DNA of 64,000 bases from Eledone cirrhosa. Its lineage: Eukaryota. The notes under the pieces were generated by a model. It had not been told where the DNA came from. It worked only from the letters and a program-made list of their open reading frames with translations, and made no database searches. The DNA lies in contig OZ024743.1 of the NCBI GenBank assembly GCA_964016885.1, positions 60,698,001-60,762,000 on the forward strand, read 5' to 3'. Position 1 is the stretch's first letter. Each line of letters opens with the position of its first letter. A program made the position numbers and the translations under genes. This document shows, piece by piece, positions 39,329-52,261 of this stretch.

Positions 39329-39366
<38 letters not shown>

Positions 39367-41279
39367 CGACTGATGAGATGGGACTCTATAATCGTTCATT
39401 TTCCCTTATTTATTCATTCGTATGCTTATAGCGACGCGGATTTCAAATTGGTGTTTTCTCCTACAACCTCCGCGTTTGAATGTCTTTCTTAACTTATCCT
39501 CTCTATTGCTTTCGTTGTGACTGTCTTTTTAGAACCTAACGCACAGACATACGGAAAATAGTTTTTATCAAAGTCTGTATATTCTCTATCTCTTTCCCCT
39601 TCTCTTTTACTCCTCATTCTTCTTGGCTAATCAATATGTTAGGCTTCGTTGATTTCTTTTCAGTTGCAGATCATGGGTTAGGGGCAAATTATCTCTTATT
39701 TGTAAGTAGTCGTTATGGCTATTGTCTTAACCTTTGTCCATTTGTTACTGTCCCAAGTGCAATAGAACCAGATATATCGATCTTAAAACACTAAATTAAT
39801 ACATCTCTAGTGGACGACTGATGAGTTGAAACTGTCGGTATTCATTCATTTTCCTGTCTTTGCCCTTATTTTTTATTATATATATATATATATATACCAC
39901 TTATGTTGTGTGGTTTACGAATAGGTAAACCATACAAAGGAAGTCCCGACAGGAAAACCCTCCATTAATGTTACAAAGAATACTTTACATATTTCAATTC
40001 CGTTTCTGCACCAGCCACGGGATTCAACATTTACGATGAATGTGTTGCATAACGTACAGTGCTTTTATTATTATTAGATCATGTTTTACCCATTGGTAAA
40101 GCAGACATTATAAATGGAATACAGTTCTAGTTGCAGTCGAGCGGTTTGTGTTGTAATGGAGAACCGGAGGAATGATCAGCCCAGACCAAGGTGACTTGCC
40201 GAAACTAATTCTACCTCAAAACTTGGAAATAACAGCACACGGCTACATATAACCATATGGACGAACGAGATATTTGACTGACTCTCTAAATAGTTTGATC
40301 CACCCGCATTATTGATTTTATTTGACTTTCCTATCTTGTACTGAGATTTTACCTATATAGTTTAGAGTTTATCATGTATTTATATTAAATGCTATATTTT
40401 TATAACCTACATTATATCTTATTCGATTTTTATCTAATTTCATTTTATTCAATTGTATTTGTACACATTACCCTATAATTTACCGGTCATATACTTCATG
40501 TGTGATATATATTTCTAATATCACGTCCCAGTAGGATATTCATACTAATAGCTTCAACTAGGTATTAAATACTATCAATTATTAATTGCTTTTTATTACC
40601 TCTTTTGCTTTTTTACTATCCATTAATTAAATATTTATTCCTCCTCTCCCCCTTCCAATTTAATTTCGTCTTAATATTTAATATTGTTCTTTTGTATTAT
40701 AACTACACTAGGGACATATTTACTACCTATTGTAAAATTTACCTTTAATCTATACTTCATTTTTCTATATCCTTATATTTCCTGTAATTTTCGTATTATA
40801 TGTTATAGTATATAATTTATAATAACGTGAAATTTCATATGTAATCTGATATTAAGCGACCCATCCGACTCAATACTAGCTACGGATTTAATTAAAAATG
40901 TTATCTTCAATTTTACCTTCAACTATATACATGGATTGTTTATCCACACTACGTAATTTTATCACTATCATTACTATTATCATTATCATTACTATTATTA
41001 GCTTATCTTGTATGAACTACATTACAGACTGACAGTCTGGTTGTTTCCATCCCCTGAGTCCTTGCAATTAATTAACTAATTCATTATTTTCCCCTTCTAC
41101 ATTATTTTAATATACTCGCTACTGGTATATCATTTGTGGACCTTGTAGTGAAGAGGAAGGTTAATATGTAATGATCATTGAGACGTCATAACACATTTTC
41201 TTTTCTTTTCTTTCACAATACAAACACTCACACATTAACGTGATCTCCATTACTTACCTTTAACGAATCGCTTACAATA

Positions 41280-41670
41280 ATATTGTTTCTACTTTAGGCA
41301 CAAGGCCAGCAATTACTTCAGTGCATTACTGGTACTTTATTTTATCGACCCCGTAAGGATGAAAGGCAAAGTTAACGTTGGCGGGATTTGAACTCAGGAT
41401 GGAAAGGGACGTAACTCTATGCTTCAAAGCATGCGTCCGACCCTCTACCGATTCTGCCAATCCTAATATTGTGGAATGGAAGTATCGGTAGAGCGTCAGA
41501 CACCATGCTTTGAAGCATACAGTTTGCGTTCTGAGTTTAAATCCCACCCAAGTCAGCTTTGCCTTTCATCCTTACGGGGTCGATAAAATAAAGTACTAGT
41601 AACGCACTGGGTCAATTTAATCGACGGTCCCCTTCTACGAATTGCTGAACTTGTACCTATTGTAGAATTA
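41280..41670. mobile_element. Head-to-head pair of SINE family 1 copies
   Basis: Minus copy ~41280-41462, plus copy ~41472-41670. Confidence 0.8.
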
Positions 41671-42126
41671 TATAATATTATAATTTCTTCTTAATTTATT
41701 TCTTCTTAATGTATATTTCGTAATTCATTTTAATTAATGTATTTAACGAGACAGTCAACCCTACTTTTTAGAATCTTTATACTTTTATAGCACTCCTATA
41801 ATTTTCTTCACCGTCACACTACACAAGATATCGACCAGGCTCTAACTGACACAGAGTTTAGTAGCCCTAAACTTTGTAGCGGTGGACCGTTTGTTTTGAT
41901 TAACAGCGTGGCTTTATCAATGAACAGCAGCATGTCTGTCACCACCAAACAACAACCACCCCCTTCGCCGCGCCTACCAAACCTAAAACGCTAAGCAATA
42001 ACGAATGTGTTATTCAGAGATGGTTCACTCCAACAATAACACCTAATTTTGCGAGCCATCTCCGGATCAAATATATTCTCTGTGTTTGCAGTAATTCCAG
42101 TTTATTAATTAACTAATTATGCAATC

Positions 42127-42201
42127 TGAACCTGAAGATGTCGTCAAGGTCTTGTATCATGATCGGATGGTGTAACTTAGCGATTGAAATATGTATAGTG
42201 C
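42127..42201 (+). ncRNA. Decayed hammerhead
   Basis: CTGAAGA-tgtcgtcaag...cttagcgatt-GAAA-tatgta-TA; stem I weak. Confidence 0.4.
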
Positions 42202-42354
42202 TTTCTACAACATTAAAACCTTAAAAGGATATTTCCAGACTGGTCTTCAGTGGTTTTAGTTATATATGTGTGTGTATATATATATACATATGTCCCAAGG
42301 CTCTGATACCATCAACACTATACACACAGAGTTGGCATATCTAAGAACTGTCTA

Positions 42355-42410
42355 ACTGCCTGATGAGGTCATAGCCATTCAATGGCTATCATCGAAATAT
42401 ATATAGCAGT
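42355..42410 (+). ncRNA. Type I hammerhead (family c), intact
   Basis: actgc-CTGATGA-ggtcatagccatt/c/aatggctatcatc-GAAA-tatata-TA^-gcagt. Confidence 0.82.
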
Positions 42411-42468
42411 AAATAAAGGATTATGAGTTCATGCAATTGACTTATGTTTCGTCACTATATATATATAT

Positions 42469-42591
42469 ATCTCCCCTGTTTGCTGAAAATTAAAGCAAGT
42501 GAGACTGTCACTACTCTAAAACAATAGGGGAAGGTCTTCGAAATGCTTTTAATTAAGCATACAGTGTGTTGCAAAATGCACTATATATACA

Positions 42592-42679
<88 letters not shown>

Positions 42680-43203
42680 TGTATATATAGTGTATTTTGC
42701 AACACACTGTATGCTTAATTAAAAGCATTTCGAAGACCTTCCCCTATTGTTTTAGAGTAGTGACAGTCTCACTTGCTTTAATTTTCAGCAAACAGGGGAG
42801 ATAAAGCTGACAGGCTCTGTTTCGCACTTTTTGGTGCTTATCAAAGCTAAGTACTCCACCTGTTTGCTGAAAATCATGAATGTTTGATTCTTATAGAATT
42901 CTAGTAATAATCAGGACTGATTATACAGAGCGGTTGCCGGTCAAGCAGAAATTGAAAATTAGAATTGGTGCTCTGAAATACAGATATATATATGAATGTA
43001 TATATAGTGTATTTTGCAATACATTGTATACTTAATTAAAAGCATTTCTCCCCTGTTTGCTGAAAATTAAAGTAAGTGAGACTGTCACTACTCTAAAACA
43101 ATAGCGTAAGGTCTTCGAAATGCTTATAATTAAGCATACAGTGTATTGCAAAATACAGTATATATACATTCATATATATCGCTATTTCAGAGCACCAATT
43201 CTA

Positions 43204-43210
<7 letters not shown>
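42469..43210. mobile_element. Multiply inverted pLTR-like cluster (family k)
   Basis: 42469-42597 inverted to 42672-42802 across (TA)n; a further + copy from 43047; ~42955-43048 inverted to ~43117-43210. Confidence 0.75.
42781..42874 (-). ncRNA. Type I hammerhead with U3:A8 core (family k) and ~20-bp extended stem I
   Basis: agct-TTGATAA-gcac/caaaaa/gtgc-GAAA-cag/agc/ctG-TC^-agct, flanked by ttttcagcaaacaggtggag / ctcccctgtttgctgaaaa. Confidence 0.75.
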
Positions 43211-43282
<72 letters not shown>

Positions 43283-43309
43283 TATATATGCATATAGGTA
43301 CATATATAT

Positions 43310-43444
43310 TGAGCTCCTCATTCTTGCTCTTGTGTTGGCATGTAAACAGAACAATGAACTGTACTGATAAAGGGTGATACCCAGAAACATTAGTGTCTGC
43401 AGTTCTGTTTACATACCAACACAAGAGCAAGAATGAGGGGCTCA
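43310..43444 (+). ncRNA. Hammerhead (family l, CUGAUAA core) capping a ~43-bp hairpin
   Basis: aactgta-CTGATAA-agggt/gat/accca-GAAA-ca/ttag/tG-TC^-tgcagtt; arms 43310-43352 / 43402-43444. Confidence 0.65.
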
Positions 43445-43567
43445 TTCTACTGATATGGCTTTAAAAATGAGGCTGCTTGCATAATTGCAAACGAATCGAA
43501 TATTATTATTAATATTAGAAAAACTCAGACTACATTTATTGTATTCAGCGATGTAGAGCGAACATTT

Positions 43568-43610
<43 letters not shown>

Positions 43611-43723
43611 TGGTAACACAACATTTAGTTCACCATACCTAAATGTTGTGTTACCACTTCTACCTAACTCGTCCCATGAACTGAGTGCTCTACCACTACG
43701 GATATTACCTTCCAGTGTTCTAC

Positions 43724-43834
<111 letters not shown>

Positions 43835-43949
43835 AGATGAGTTTTATTGTAGCTCAATAAAGCAATGCAAATATTGGATAAGTAGCACTCTACAGTAGGA
43901 CTGGAGTATAAATAATATAAGATCAAAAGATGGTTAAAAGAGTTCCAAG

Positions 43950-44020
43950 TATTTTATTATGCGCATTTCAAAAACAAATATCATCATGGGATGATATCTG
44001 CGTTCTCATCAGATAAAATA
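43950..44020 (-). ncRNA. Type I hammerhead (family b)
   Basis: Mirror of 45295-45367. Confidence 0.82.
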
Positions 44021-45294
44021 GGGAGACATGATATGAAGCTTAAAAAACACTTGTGAGCAGTGATGTTTTAAATCAACATATGAAAAATAAATTAAGATGG
44101 ATGTATGAGATTGGGAAAAAGTGAGGGGGAGGTTCGAAAATGTAAGGAAGAGGAAGAAATAAGAGTAAAGGATGGTGGGGGAGGAGTATAAGAAGGAAGG
44201 ATGAGAAAGGAGGAGAGATGGGTGAGAGAGAGAGATAGCCTTTACAACTGAGAAAAAATATTGTCTCACAGAGAGAAATTAAAAAGCTGTTGGAAGATAA
44301 TAGATAATTTAAAAGATTTTGAAATTAAAAGTTAATGAAAAAGGAATTAAGGATAGTATTAAATTAAGGTTTGTATATTGAAGGGTTTTATAATATGTGC
44401 GAAGAAAATAATTTATTAATATGTGTTATTAAAATAAAAATATTAATGATATTAAGGATATAATATGAAAAGAAGAAGAATAAATGAGTTATGAATTTAA
44501 AGGAATTAGTTGTGGTTTAAGTTTGTTTTTATGTAATGTAATATGTATACGTAAATAGTATGTTTAAAATGAGCGTGGAAGGAGAGAAGAAAATAGAATG
44601 TTTAAGTTGAAAATATCTAACATAAAAAAGTATATAAGTTTACGAAATATTTTCTAATGGTAATATTATAATATATTAAAAGAAATTAGTTAGGGTTTAA
44701 GTTTGTTTTTATGTATTGTAATATGTAAAAGTAAAATTAAGTAGTAGGTTTAAAACGAGCATGAAAGGATAGAAGAGATAAGAAAAATTTAAGGAAGAAA
44801 AAAATCTAACGTCAAAAAGTTTATATGTTTACGAAGGACTTCTATATTATTAAACCCTTCAATATACAAACTATCTATATTATTAAACCCTTCAATATAC
44901 AAACTATCTATATTATTAAACTCTTCAATATAAAAACCTTAATTTAATACTATTCTTAATTAATTTTTCTTTATGTATAAACCTCATTAACTTATCTATT
45001 ATCTATTATCTTCCAACGTCTTTTTTAATTTCTCTCTGTGAGACAATATTTTTTTCTCAGTTGTAAAGGCTATCTCTCTCTCTCTCTATCACTCATCTCT
45101 CCTTCTTCTTCCTCATCCTTCCTTCCTATAATCCTCCCCCACCATCCTTTACTCTTATTTCTTCCTCTTCCTTACCTTTTCCAACCTCCCCCTCACTTTT
45201 TCCCAATCTCATACAGCCATCTTAATTTATTTTTCATATGTTGATTTAAAACTTCACTGCTCAAAAGTGTTTTTAAGCTTCATATCATGTCTCC

Positions 45295-45367
45295 GTATTT
45301 TATCTGATGAGAACGCAGATATCATCCCATGATGATATTTGTTTTTGAAATGCGCATAATAAAATAC
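45295..45367 (+). ncRNA. Type I hammerhead (family b)
   Basis: gtattttat-CTGATGA-gaacgcagatatcatc/ccat/gatgatatttgttttt-GAAA-tgcgca-TA^-ataaaatac. Confidence 0.85.
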
Positions 45368-45441
45368 TTGGAACTCTTTTAACCATCTTTTGATCTTATA
45401 TTATATATATATATATATATACATATGCATATATGTATGTG

Positions 45442-45556
<115 letters not shown>

Positions 45557-46284
45557 CCATTTACTTCCGTTCTGCAAATGTCTCCATTATGCTGTCTGCT
45601 CTGAAAAGAAAACATTCGCTTGTTATCTGCACACGTGCTGCAGTGGTGTGTGTCTGAAGCTATTTTCAGACCACCGATCTACAGCTTCTTTCAGAACGTT
45701 TTTCGCTTTGAGTCGGAATAGCATATAGTTAAATAGAAATAGCACACAGCTAAAGTTAGCTACTCCTAGCCTTAGAATTAGTGCATTCCATCAAAATTAA
45801 TTCCGTTCTCTTATTCATTTATGTATTTATTATTTAAACGTTGAACATATATAATCTTTGGATCACATGATCCGTATCCATAAACACCCGGATTATAGGA
45901 TAAATGAAAATTCATACAAACTGGAAAATTTACATTGTCATAAATTAATGGGTTGCATTAGAGAAACCCTATAGTTTATCCTAATTTTCTTATAGGTGTA
46001 AACGATTAAATGTAATATTACTATCAGCATACATTTACAAATGGCATACATAATTATATGATTATAATGGAAAACATAGGGTTAGAACCCAGCTCCTTGT
46101 GGTTGGAAAGCGAGCTATTAATTGTAGCAACATGGCTGGGTAAGAAAATACATCCTGAGCATATATGTATATTTGCGTGTATAAATATATACATTCTGAA
46201 CTGGTACCAGCGGATATACATAAATAAATATGTATATATATATATATTTATTTATTTATGTAATAAACAACATAAGATAATTAT

Positions 46285-46342
46285 TTCATTTACCAGTGGT
46301 TTCTTGAAAGCAGATAAATCTGCTTTCAGTCGTCAGAATGAA
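46285..46342 (-). ncRNA. Type I hammerhead (family m), mirror copy
   Basis: In inverted arms 46255-46389 / 46457-46590. Confidence 0.82.
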
Positions 46343-46503
46343 TAAAACATGGTGTTTTTATTAAATGTGGATTTGAAAACAAAAATATAAGAAATATGAA
46401 AGTGAGGCTGAGGAAACAACGGGCGAAGAAGAAAAGGAATATATATATATATATAATATATTTTTGTTTTCAAATCCACATTTAATAAAAACACCATGTT
46501 TTA

Positions 46504-46561
46504 TTCATTCTGACGACTGAAAGCAGATTTATCTGCTTTCAAGAAACCACTGGTAAATGAA
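46504..46561 (+). ncRNA. Type I hammerhead (family m)
   Basis: ttcatt-CTGACGA-ctgaaagcagat/tt/atctgctttcaa-GAAA-cc/act/gG-TA^-aatgaa. Confidence 0.85.
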
Positions 46562-46654
46562 ATAATTATCTTATGCTGTTTATTACATAACTAATAAACT
46601 CTGTAACCTACATAGAGCACTCTTTTTTCCTGTACCTTTCCGACGGAATTATTT

Positions 46655-46771
<117 letters not shown>

Positions 46772-47134
46772 GTATATATGTATATATACATATACATATA
46801 TGTATGTGTGTGTGTTTCTGTGTGTGAGTAGAAACATTTTTCAAAAGACTATAAAGAAAATATTTTTGAAAAGACTCTTAACACAGCTGAAACCGGTAAA
46901 AAGTAAACAGAAATTTATAAATAATTATCAAATTACTTGGTACAATAATACAGAAACCCTCTAAATAAAGGAAAGGCTAATCATTCCTTTTTTCAAAGCT
47001 TATTTTCCCTATAATCTCTGACTTGTAAAGAAATCCCTTACGTTTTAATTTCTTCATTATATATATATATATAACGAAAGAAGTGTGGTAAGGAACCATA
47101 TTGACCATAATGCACCAGAGTACTCAATACTTTT

Positions 47135-47200
<66 letters not shown>

Positions 47201-47470
47201 TAGTTCCACAATTTTCACCTTATGTAGATTTTCAGACCGAGCTGAAGCACCTCATAAGATGAAATATTTGCTCTCGGTATGGTGAACTAACTGTTGTGGA
47301 ACTACTTCTACCAAACTCGTCCCATCGACTGAGTGGTCTACTACAACGGATATACCCTCCAGTGTTCTACTATTATATATATATATATATAGTAATAATA
47401 ATAAATCCAAAGAGGGCTCGATAAGGATAAATATATATCAAATATATAAGAACCGTAGAGCAAATAGTTA

Positions 47471-47604
47471 TTAAAATAACAGATTAAAGTTTAAGCAAAG
47501 AATCGATGCCTTCACCCTTAACGGGATCTTCTGAAACTTTCAGAAGATCCCGTTAAGGGTGAAAACAACGATTCTTTGCTTAAACTTTATTCTGTTATTT
47601 TAAT
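47471..47604. ncRNA. Back-to-back hammerhead-like motifs (family d, CAGAAGA core)
   Basis: Minus: aaagttt-CAGAAGA-tccc/gttaa/gggt-GAAG-gca...tgc-TT-aaacttt; plus copy 47538-47588 has GAAA. Confidence 0.5.
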
Positions 47605-47649
47605 ATATATATATATATATATATAGTAATAATAATTTCGAAGACCTAT

Positions 47650-47681
<32 letters not shown>

Positions 47682-48509
47682 TTGTGCGTGTGTATTTGTC
47701 TGTCGCCATTCATTAATTATTTATTTACAAGTAATGCTGATAATGGCACTAGTTTTTACATCTTGTAAAAGAATCATTTATAATGAAGGGTTTTGGGATA
47801 ATGATTTAGACTTAGTGGTTCCAATATGTTTGAAAACTAGTTTATACTACCCTCCGACAGGATACACACATGCATACAAACATACATACATACATACATA
47901 CATACATACATACATACATGCTTATTCATACATATATACATGCATATTCATACATGCATATCTACCGACATACATCCTTACTAACATGATTGTAAACCTG
48001 AATAATAACACTGATATTATCTGAAGATAAAGGTTAGCATAAAATTAATATTATTGCTAGGATAACCACCTATCTAGAAGAGACATGAAATAAAACCTGA
48101 TACAAATCTCTCGCCCAGAAATATTGGAAGATTCTACTCAATGTTCGAACAAAATAGAAAAAAATAAATCAATTCCTTGAGAAAGTTGTACATGGGTACT
48201 TCAGGCGAATAACACAGACCATAGAGGTCCGACATGTTGAAATCATCCCACCTTGAAAGATATCTCCACAAATTCTAAGTACAAGAAGTCCCTATCAAGT
48301 ACCTACTGCACAAAATAGAAAAGTCATCAATTGACAATTTCTTTTTCTTTACAAACTTCCAACTGAGAATCTGGCTGGTCAAAAATAAACTCAAAATTAC
48401 GACGAGATGAAAACACTCATAGACATGTTTGTATGTGTGTATGAGTGTATGTGCTAGCGCGCGCGTATGTGAGTGCGTGCCTGTGTGTGTGCGCGCGTCT
48501 CTGTGTGTA

Positions 48510-48700
48510 TATAATTGTCTCTACTTTAGGCACAAGGCCTCCAATTGCTCCCAATGCATTACTGGTGCTTTATTTTATCGACGCCGTAAGGATGGAAGGC
48601 AAAGCTAACCTTGGCAGGATTTGAACTCAGAACGTAAAGGGCCATAACTCTATGCTGCAAATCATGGTGTCTGACGCTCTAGCGATACTGCCAATCTACC
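48510..48700 (-). mobile_element. SINE family 1, full-length
   Basis: Head gattggcagtatcgctagagcgtcag, B box, core and tail. Confidence 0.85.
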
Positions 48701-48708
48701 GTGTATAT

Positions 48709-48898
48709 CAGGAATGTCAAACTGAGGGTTCCCTGAGGGCCACATGGGTCATATATATATGTTGTCTAAGGGCCACACATGACAACTAATTGCGCACATC
48801 ACAACTAATATGTTTTAGTTTATATTACGCTCGCACTGTAAAAACCTTTATGCGGGCCGCAAGTATGCTTGTAAAGAGCCGCATGTTTGACATGCCTG
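48709..48898. mobile_element. hAT (Charlie-like) MITE, 190 bp
   Basis: TIRs caggaatgtcaaac / gtttgacatgcctg; perfect 8-bp TSD gtgtatat (48701-48708, 48899-48906). Confidence 0.9.
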
Positions 48899-50034
48899 GT
48901 GTATATAAAAAAGTCCGTCAGATTTTTGCGGCGACGAGCGTTCGAATTGTTTGATCAATGAAACGGCCAACTCCTGTAATTAGCCTGCAATTGGCTTAGT
49001 GTTCTGCATAACACAGTATGTGACAAGGCTGGACAATGGAATCACAAGAATAAGTCTATCCTCGGCCTCCCGTGGAGTTCCTGTCTCCTTGATTCTACTG
49101 ATAAAGCTTGAATTAAACTTATGTTGTGGTCAAAACACATGTCGATGATGCTACATGGTGGGATTGAACACGAAACCTCGTGATTGCAAAGCAAAATTCC
49201 GAACCACTGAGTCATCCTTGTTGTATTACTCCTAAAATAACACGTTTTTATGTTGAGCCTTGTATCTAGTACATCTTTTTGTATCTAGCATTCAAGTGTG
49301 AAAACGGTTTCTGCGTTTGAAAGGCTTAACATTGAAGAGTTAAGTTTGGTAGATATTCGTTAGTATATCTGTTTGATTACATGAGGATAGTAGAGAGAGA
49401 AAGAAAGTTATTTAGATAAGATAAGAAAGAAAAAGAGGGAGAACAGGGAAAGATTAAAATGTGATGTACGTAAAACCATTCAACTTTCCAGCCGTGGAAC
49501 ATATTAAATCATATGCTAATAATATGTATTTATTCTGTTCATGGACCATAAGCAACGCCTAAGGCTCGTGTGTAATTCCGCTTTCAGGAACATTAAATGG
49601 ATGGAAGACACTTCTGCTACACAGGACAACTCATCAATGACAAGACACCTTCAAAAGAGGGGAATGAAATGACTACTTTAGAGCTAACTGAATTCTGGCA
49701 ATGTGGAATTGCCAAGAGACACACAAAAAAATCATCAACAACTATATAAGGCATCCCACAGTCGTTTCTTATCGATAAATGTTCGATAAATCACACTACT
49801 AGTGTCAATGAAAGACATAAGAAACGAATTCAATTATTGGAACAATGAATGCGTACATATATATATATATATATATATATATTAATGACAATATTCGTTC
49901 GTAGGAAATAATCAGAAAAGTCCTGATGATTTCTAAACCTAACTGGTCACCGCACGATATGCATCAGAAATCCAAGAATATATACTGAGTGCTCTGCAGA
50001 CATGTGTACTCGTAACGACATTACGGCACAATTA

Positions 50035-50299
50035 TTTCACCTCAATTGGTCCCGCTCTCTTTAACATTACACCAAAACACATTAAAACAGAAACAGATCA
50101 CATGAAATACAAAATGTCTTTAGAAACTTTCCTCCAAGAAATCCCGTATAAACCTCCTACATCCGGATAAGTCTCCGTAAACAATAACCTTCTACTTGGG
50201 TGGGCCTTGGAGTCTAAATCCTGATTTGAAAGACTTCACCAGGTGGTGCTATTAAGTTACACATGCCCTAGACCAATACTGACCGAAATCTATCAAAGT

Positions 50300-50300
<1 letters not shown>
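50035..50300 (+). pseudogene. CR1-like LINE 3' end fragment
   Basis: SIGPALFNI.PKHIKTE...KMSLETFLQEIPYKPPTSG resembles the GP.LFN.LP...FK..LD.FL..IPD.P C-terminus. Confidence 0.6.
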
Positions 50301-50349
<49 letters not shown>

Positions 50350-52261
50350 ATAAGGTCCAATGCAGATGTCCATAATTCCTTTATTCGTGGCTAATGATGC
50401 TTCAATCATGAAACCAGTAACGCTACATCATCAAACAACATCTTAAGCAATAAGATTATGTTGCCAATACAATACAAGCTAAAGACAAAAGAATGGACCA
50501 ATATGATGTTTTCAAGAACGGGAATGGACCAAAGTAGTGAAACCATCATATTTGTCCGTTTCCTTGTCTTTGTATAACATTGAACCTTCACAATTATCGT
50601 TATTGTACATATACTCCATCACGGACTAATAAATTATATTTGGAAGAAAACACATGACGTCGAGTTCTTAAATATAATTACAACGGTATTCACAGATCGG
50701 TGTGTTGCATACGCAACCCTGATTAGTCAACATATATATATATGTATATATATGTGTGTGTGTATGTGTGTGTGTGTGTGGTAAAAGATGAGCACACAAG
50801 AAAAGTCAAAAGAAAAAACACGAAAAGTCCCTTCTCTTGTCAACGTTTGGAAATCCTTATAGTTTCGGTATATAAAAGTTGATTCTATTTATTCCAGTTC
50901 ATACAAAACAGCAGCAGGACAAAATACGGAGACATAGGACAGAGTGTGTCTTTTAATGAATTACACAAATACAGGTGAAAATAAATTGCTCCAAACCTGT
51001 ATACTTCAACTTAATACGAAGCCATAAAATTATGGTGTGTAATTAACTTAACCAAGAGAAAAATAAATAGTTTGGACGTTAATTCTAAGATGAAAGGGTA
51101 TGAGTGGGCGGTGGTAAGTCCTGCCGCTGAAAGCGCTGGGGTTACGTGTAAGAAAGTCAAGAAAGTGGAACGAAGATGTATAGGGAGAGACAGAAGGAGG
51201 CTAAAGAGTAGAAAAGAAATAGAAAATGAGAGAAGAAGAAGAAGAAGAAGAAGAAGAAGAAGAAGAGAGAGTGAATGAGAGAGAGTGAGAAGCAAGGTAA
51301 AGTAAAGAAACGGAAGGTTACGTGTGGTATAAAATTTATTTATAGACAGGTGTTAGAATGTGCTGCCTGACTATTACCATATCGAATATAAAAAAAAAAA
51401 AATGAGCGCACAAGACCAAGACAAGGCAAAATATGGACAGTTACTTCTGTTCTGTCAAATTATACTATCTGTGCATTAAATTTGATAATGTTCATTCTAG
51501 TGTACTTAACTGGGCAAAACACGGACACAATACAAAAAAGAAAAATTACTTGTTGGAATCGAACTTTCCCAGCTCTAATAACGTTGCACCACTGTGAAGG
51601 ACACGCTTAGCTTTCATATATAGGGTTAATGTATCAGCTAAAGGATGTAAACATGGCATCAATCGTATTCAGGAAGTGTTGCGAAAGAGAGATTTAAACA
51701 TACCACTAAAAGTAATTTTTGTTATTCGCGGACGTGGATTTGAACTTTTAAGGTTTGATGTCATTTAAAACGCCAACCATTGAATCAGACGTGGAAAAGC
51801 CTCGAAAAAAATTTTCGGAGGAAAATTTCCGGGAAAAATTATTGGAAATTCTTTTTTTTTTTTAAATTCTCCGAAAATTTCCCTCGTAAATTTTCTCCGG
51901 AAAATAATCTAATTTTTTTTTTTTTTTTTTCAGGTAATTTATCGGGAAATGTTTCTGAATGTTTCGCACATGTATTTGCTTAATATTTTCTTCCTATTTT
52001 TCCATTGTATCACATCTGAAGCCATTTAAATATCTGCACCAAAGATTCCAACATTTGCCTACGAGATTATATTCATGTTGTCACTATACCGGCTAGAAAA
52101 AGCAGCTAAATTCCGCTCAAAACACACTCTAACGTGTAAGAAGACATAGGATAATGTCATCCTAATTGCAAAGTGGTTGGCGACAAAGCCGATAATCTTA
52201 CAGTCGTAGGTCTACTCAACTATAACTAACACGGGACTAAAACAATAAAAACAACGGCAGC

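Larger units (their letters stand above)
38313..39336 (+). mobile_element. Retrozyme-like non-coding partial tandem (393-bp direct repeats, period 631) in (TA)n
   Basis: 38313-38705 ~ 38944-39336; one HHR per repeat; no ORF. Confidence 0.85.
43913..45404. mobile_element. Fold-back PLE pLTR-like element (family b), ~400-480-bp inverted arms, AT-rich non-coding spacer
   Basis: 43913-44310 is the reverse complement of ~45000-45404, with weaker extension inward. Confidence 0.85.

Noticed and set aside
46861-46903. Possible third UUGANAA hammerhead (TTGAAAA...GAAACCGGTA)
   Set aside because: Stem II and stem I pair poorly in AT-rich context; not supportable without more copies
48060-48420. Possible R4/Dong-like LINE relic (VHGYFRR)
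   Set aside because: Too degraded to support
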